DNA of 64,000 nucleotides from a plasmid: NCBI RefSeq assembly GCF_058153355.1, contig NZ_JBLWLY010000002.1; one strand, 5' to 3'. Shown piece by piece: positions 60,087 to 64,000 of this stretch (position 1 is its first letter; each line of letters starts with the position of its first letter). The notes under the pieces were generated by a model. It saw only the letters and a program-made list of their open reading frames with translations, ran no database searches and was not told where the DNA came from. The position numbers and the translations under genes were made by a program.

Positions 60087-61910
60087 GTGTGTCACGAAGG
60101 AGTACTTATGGCAACAATGTGAAAATTGCAGCATAAGTTATCCATGCTCTGAGGTGGGTGGAGGTGGGCCCTCCGGTCAGGGTTTACAGGAGCACTGACC
60201 AAACGACCCGGTGCTGCTTCATTCTAAGGAATGAGGTGGTGAGCGACTCGGGAAAAGGCAGAGATCTACTGTCACGTGGGGTTCGGGAAGCTGAACGAAA
60301 GTAAACTGTCCGATGAAGCATCGAAATCTTAGATGATGTCAAAATGGGGCCGTACAGCCGTCCCCTGATAAGCGCAGAAGACACCTGCTTACTGACTGCG
60401 CGGCATCCGGTGTGAAGGCAGCAGGATCCCGGGCCAGACCATCTCAGGGAACGTGAGAACCTGTTTCCGGCACGTATCGGGAAACAGGGGCGGACCCATT
60501 CGTAGTAGTGATGAAAGATCTGTAATGGGTCTGGAGCGAAGGGATGGGGATCACATTCATTGCAGAAGACACAACCCAAAAGGGGATGACGTAACTGATG
60601 CAACGAAAATCATTTGAAATACCAAAAGCACTGGTCTGGGCATCATATCTGGATGTGCGTCGCAACAAGGGAGCCCCCGGATGCGACGGGCAGACTTTGA
60701 AAATGTTCGACCAGCAACGTGATGGCAATCTATACAAGATCTGGAACCGGCTATGTTCGGGAACATGGTTTCCGCCACCAGTGCTGGAAAAACGGATCCC
60801 GAAGTCGAATGGCAAGGAACGCATTCTGGGGATCCCAACAGTATCCGATCGAATTGCTCAGGGAGCGATAAAACTTTTCATGGAAGAAAAGCTTGACCCG
60901 ATTTTCCATGCTGATTCATATGGTTACCGACCAGGCAAATCAGCTCATGACGCTCTGAAACAATGTGCCATCCGGTGCTGGCGTTATAGCTGGATACTGG
61001 AAGTGGACATCAGTGCGTTTTTCGACCATGTGAGACATGATCTGGTGCTCAAAGCTCTGGAACACCACGGGATGCCTAAATGGGTCATCCTGTACTGTCG
61101 ACGCTGGATGGAAGCGCCAATGCAGAGTTGTGAAAATGGAGAATTAATAACCCGAACACGAGGCACTCCGCAGGGCGGGGTCATTAGTCCACTACTTGCT
61201 AACTTGTTCCTTCACTATGCATTTGATTTGTGGATGGAAAGAGAATATCGGGGGGTACCGTTTGAGAGGTACGCTGACGATATTGTAGTACATTGTTCAC
61301 GAATGAGTGATGCAACAAGGCTGAAGAACAGGTTATCGGAGCGCTTCTCGGAAGTCGGGCTGGTCCTGAATGCAGGGAAAACGAATATCGCCTACATTGA
61401 CACGTTTAAAAGGAGAAACGTCGCAACGAGTTTCACCTTTCTCGGATATGACTTCAAAGTGCGTACGCTGAAGAATTTCAAAGGCGAACTGTACCGAAAA
61501 TGCATGCCGGGTGCGTCAAATGCAGCAATGCGCAAAATAACAGAAACAATCAAGAAGTGGCGTATACATCGCTCAACAGCTGAGAGTTTGCTGGATTTTG
61601 CGAGGCGCTACAATGCGATAGTGAGAGGCTGGATCGAGTACTACGGAAAGTTCTGGTCCAGAAATTTCAACTATCGACTGTGGAGTGCAATGCAGTCACG
61701 TCTGCTCAAGTGGATGCAGTCTAAATACAGACTTTCGAACCGGAAGGCTCAGCGAAAGCTGACGCTGGTAAGGAAGGAGTATCCGAAGCTATTTGTTCAC
61801 TGGTATTTACTACGTGCATCAAATGAGTGATCAAGAGCCGTATGACGCGAGAGTGTCACGTACGGTTCCGTGAGCAGCCGGGGAGTGAAATTCTCTCCGG
61901 CTGACTCGAC
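60087..61910 (+). mobile_element. Group II intron copy 3 (1824 bp) at the same IS66 tnpC site
   Basis: GTGTG...CTCGAC boundaries; exon flanks ..CTGGCTCT / TCGCGGGTTC.. as in the intact tnpC. Confidence 0.85.
60598..61830 (+). CDS. Group II intron-encoded reverse transcriptase/maturase (intact, 410 aa)
   Basis: Identical protein to 36768..38000. Confidence 0.9.
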   Translation: MQRKSFEIPKALVWASYLDVRRNKGAPGCDGQTLKMFDQQRDGNLYKIWNRLCSGTWFPPPVLEKRIPKSNGKERILGIPTVSDRIAQGAIKLFMEEKLDPIFHADSYGYRPGKSAHDALKQCAIRCWRYSWILEVDISAFFDHVRHDLVLKALEHHGMPKWVILYCRRWMEAPMQSCENGELITRTRGTPQGGVISPLLANLFLHYAFDLWMEREYRGVPFERYADDIVVHCSRMSDATRLKNRLSERFSEVGLVLNAGKTNIAYIDTFKRRNVATSFTFLGYDFKVRTLKNFKGELYRKCMPGASNAAMRKITETIKKWRIHRSTAESLLDFARRYNAIVRGWIEYYGKFWSRNFNYRLWSAMQSRLLKWMQSKYRLSNRKAQRKLTLVRKEYPKLFVHWYLLRASNE

Positions 61911-62122
61911 TCGCGGGTTCTGACAGCGGTGGTGAACATGCTGCGGTGTTGTACTCGCTGATCGGCACATGCCGTCTGAACAATGTGGAACCAGAAAAAT
62001 GGCTGCGTTACGTCATTGAGCATATCCAGGACTGGCCGGCAAACCGGGTACGTGATCTGTTGCCCTGGAAAGTTGATCTGAGCTCTCAGTAAATATCAAT
62101 ACGGTTCTGACGAGCCGTTTAC
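61911..62122 (+). pseudogene. IS66 type A tnpC 3' exon and right terminus
   Basis: Encodes ..[60 protein letters not shown]; ends ..GAGCCGTTTAC. Confidence 0.7.
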
Positions 62123-63504
<1,382 letters not shown>

Positions 63505-63852
63505 GAGGGATGTATCAGCAGTGACTGAAGGTTGACCTGCTGAAGTGCGAGCTGTGCGGAGGTCAGATGCGGTTTACGGGGCTGAAGAGGGGTTACCGTC
63601 TGGCAGAGCAGGTTATGATGCATGAGCCGCTGGCACGAATGCGGTGGTGCGGCTGAGCGCCGCAGAGGGGAAGTTGCGTCCATGTTGAGGGGAACGGAGC
63701 AAAAAACCATCAGAGATATATTGAATCAATCAATGTAAGCAATATCAACTGTCTATACCAATTACGTGATGATCAGGTCGTGTTGAATAAACGCGCATTC
63801 TTCGGTGCTTTTCTAATCTTTTGGGGATTTAAGTTCCTGTCGATGAACTGCT
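63505..63852 (+). repeat. Second copy of the ~345-bp ISL3-type element end (also at 32847..33191)
   Basis: Near-identical sequence starting GGAGAGGGATGTATCAGCAGTGACTGAAGG; the flanking sequence differs on both sides of each copy. Confidence 0.6.
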
Positions 63853-64000
63853 GGCGCTGCTTACCCCTTTTACCATCGGTATGTTGACCACTGACGAATG
63901 GGGTAGTTACACCAGAGAGTTACCGAAGGAGAAGTATCTGACTGGTAAGATTTTTACTCAGCGCATTGAGCGCAACAATCTGCCCCTGAGAACCCGAATC
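63853..64000 (+). pseudogene. IS1-family InsB-like transposase fragment (runs off the window)
   Basis: ..LTPFTIGMLTTDEWGSYTRELPKEKYLTGKIFTQRIERNNLPLRTRI resembles the IS1 InsB segment ..WMTDGWPLY..YTQRIERHNLNLRQHL.. Confidence 0.5.

Overview
This window reads as a Shigella/EIEC-type invasion plasmid (pINV-like) segment. I did not find a convincing undescribed system; the notable content is structural (nested mobile elements, an inversion signature) plus a few unexplained ORFs. All identifications are by eye from the ORF translations and DNA, with no database search. Positions 1-12100 are AT-rich and carry the distal half of the Mxi-Spa type III secretion locus in canonical order: mxiE (3' part), mxiD, mxiC, mxiA, spa15, spa47, spa13, spa32, spa33, spa24, spa9, spa29, spa40. 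The rest is plasmid backbone and virulence cargo broken up by many mobile elements: icsA/virG (1102-aa autotransporter), virA with an upstream MxiE-box-like site, an IncFII-type copB-repA1-oriR replicon, a HigB/HigA-like pair, two diverged pemIK copies, a parMR/stbAB partition module in which parM looks disrupted, and a GC-rich leading-region-like block with an orphan adenine methyltransferase. Mobile elements include two inverted 2131-bp IS21-type copies, IS4 with a 12-bp TSD, several IS66-family copies (one intact with an 8-bp TSD), three copies of a ~1.82-kb group II intron each inserted at the same site in IS66 tnpC, remnants of IS3, IS629, IS256-, ISL3-, IS110- and IS1-family elements, and a 285-bp Tn3-derived miniature element. 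No rRNA, tRNA or CRISPR array was seen.
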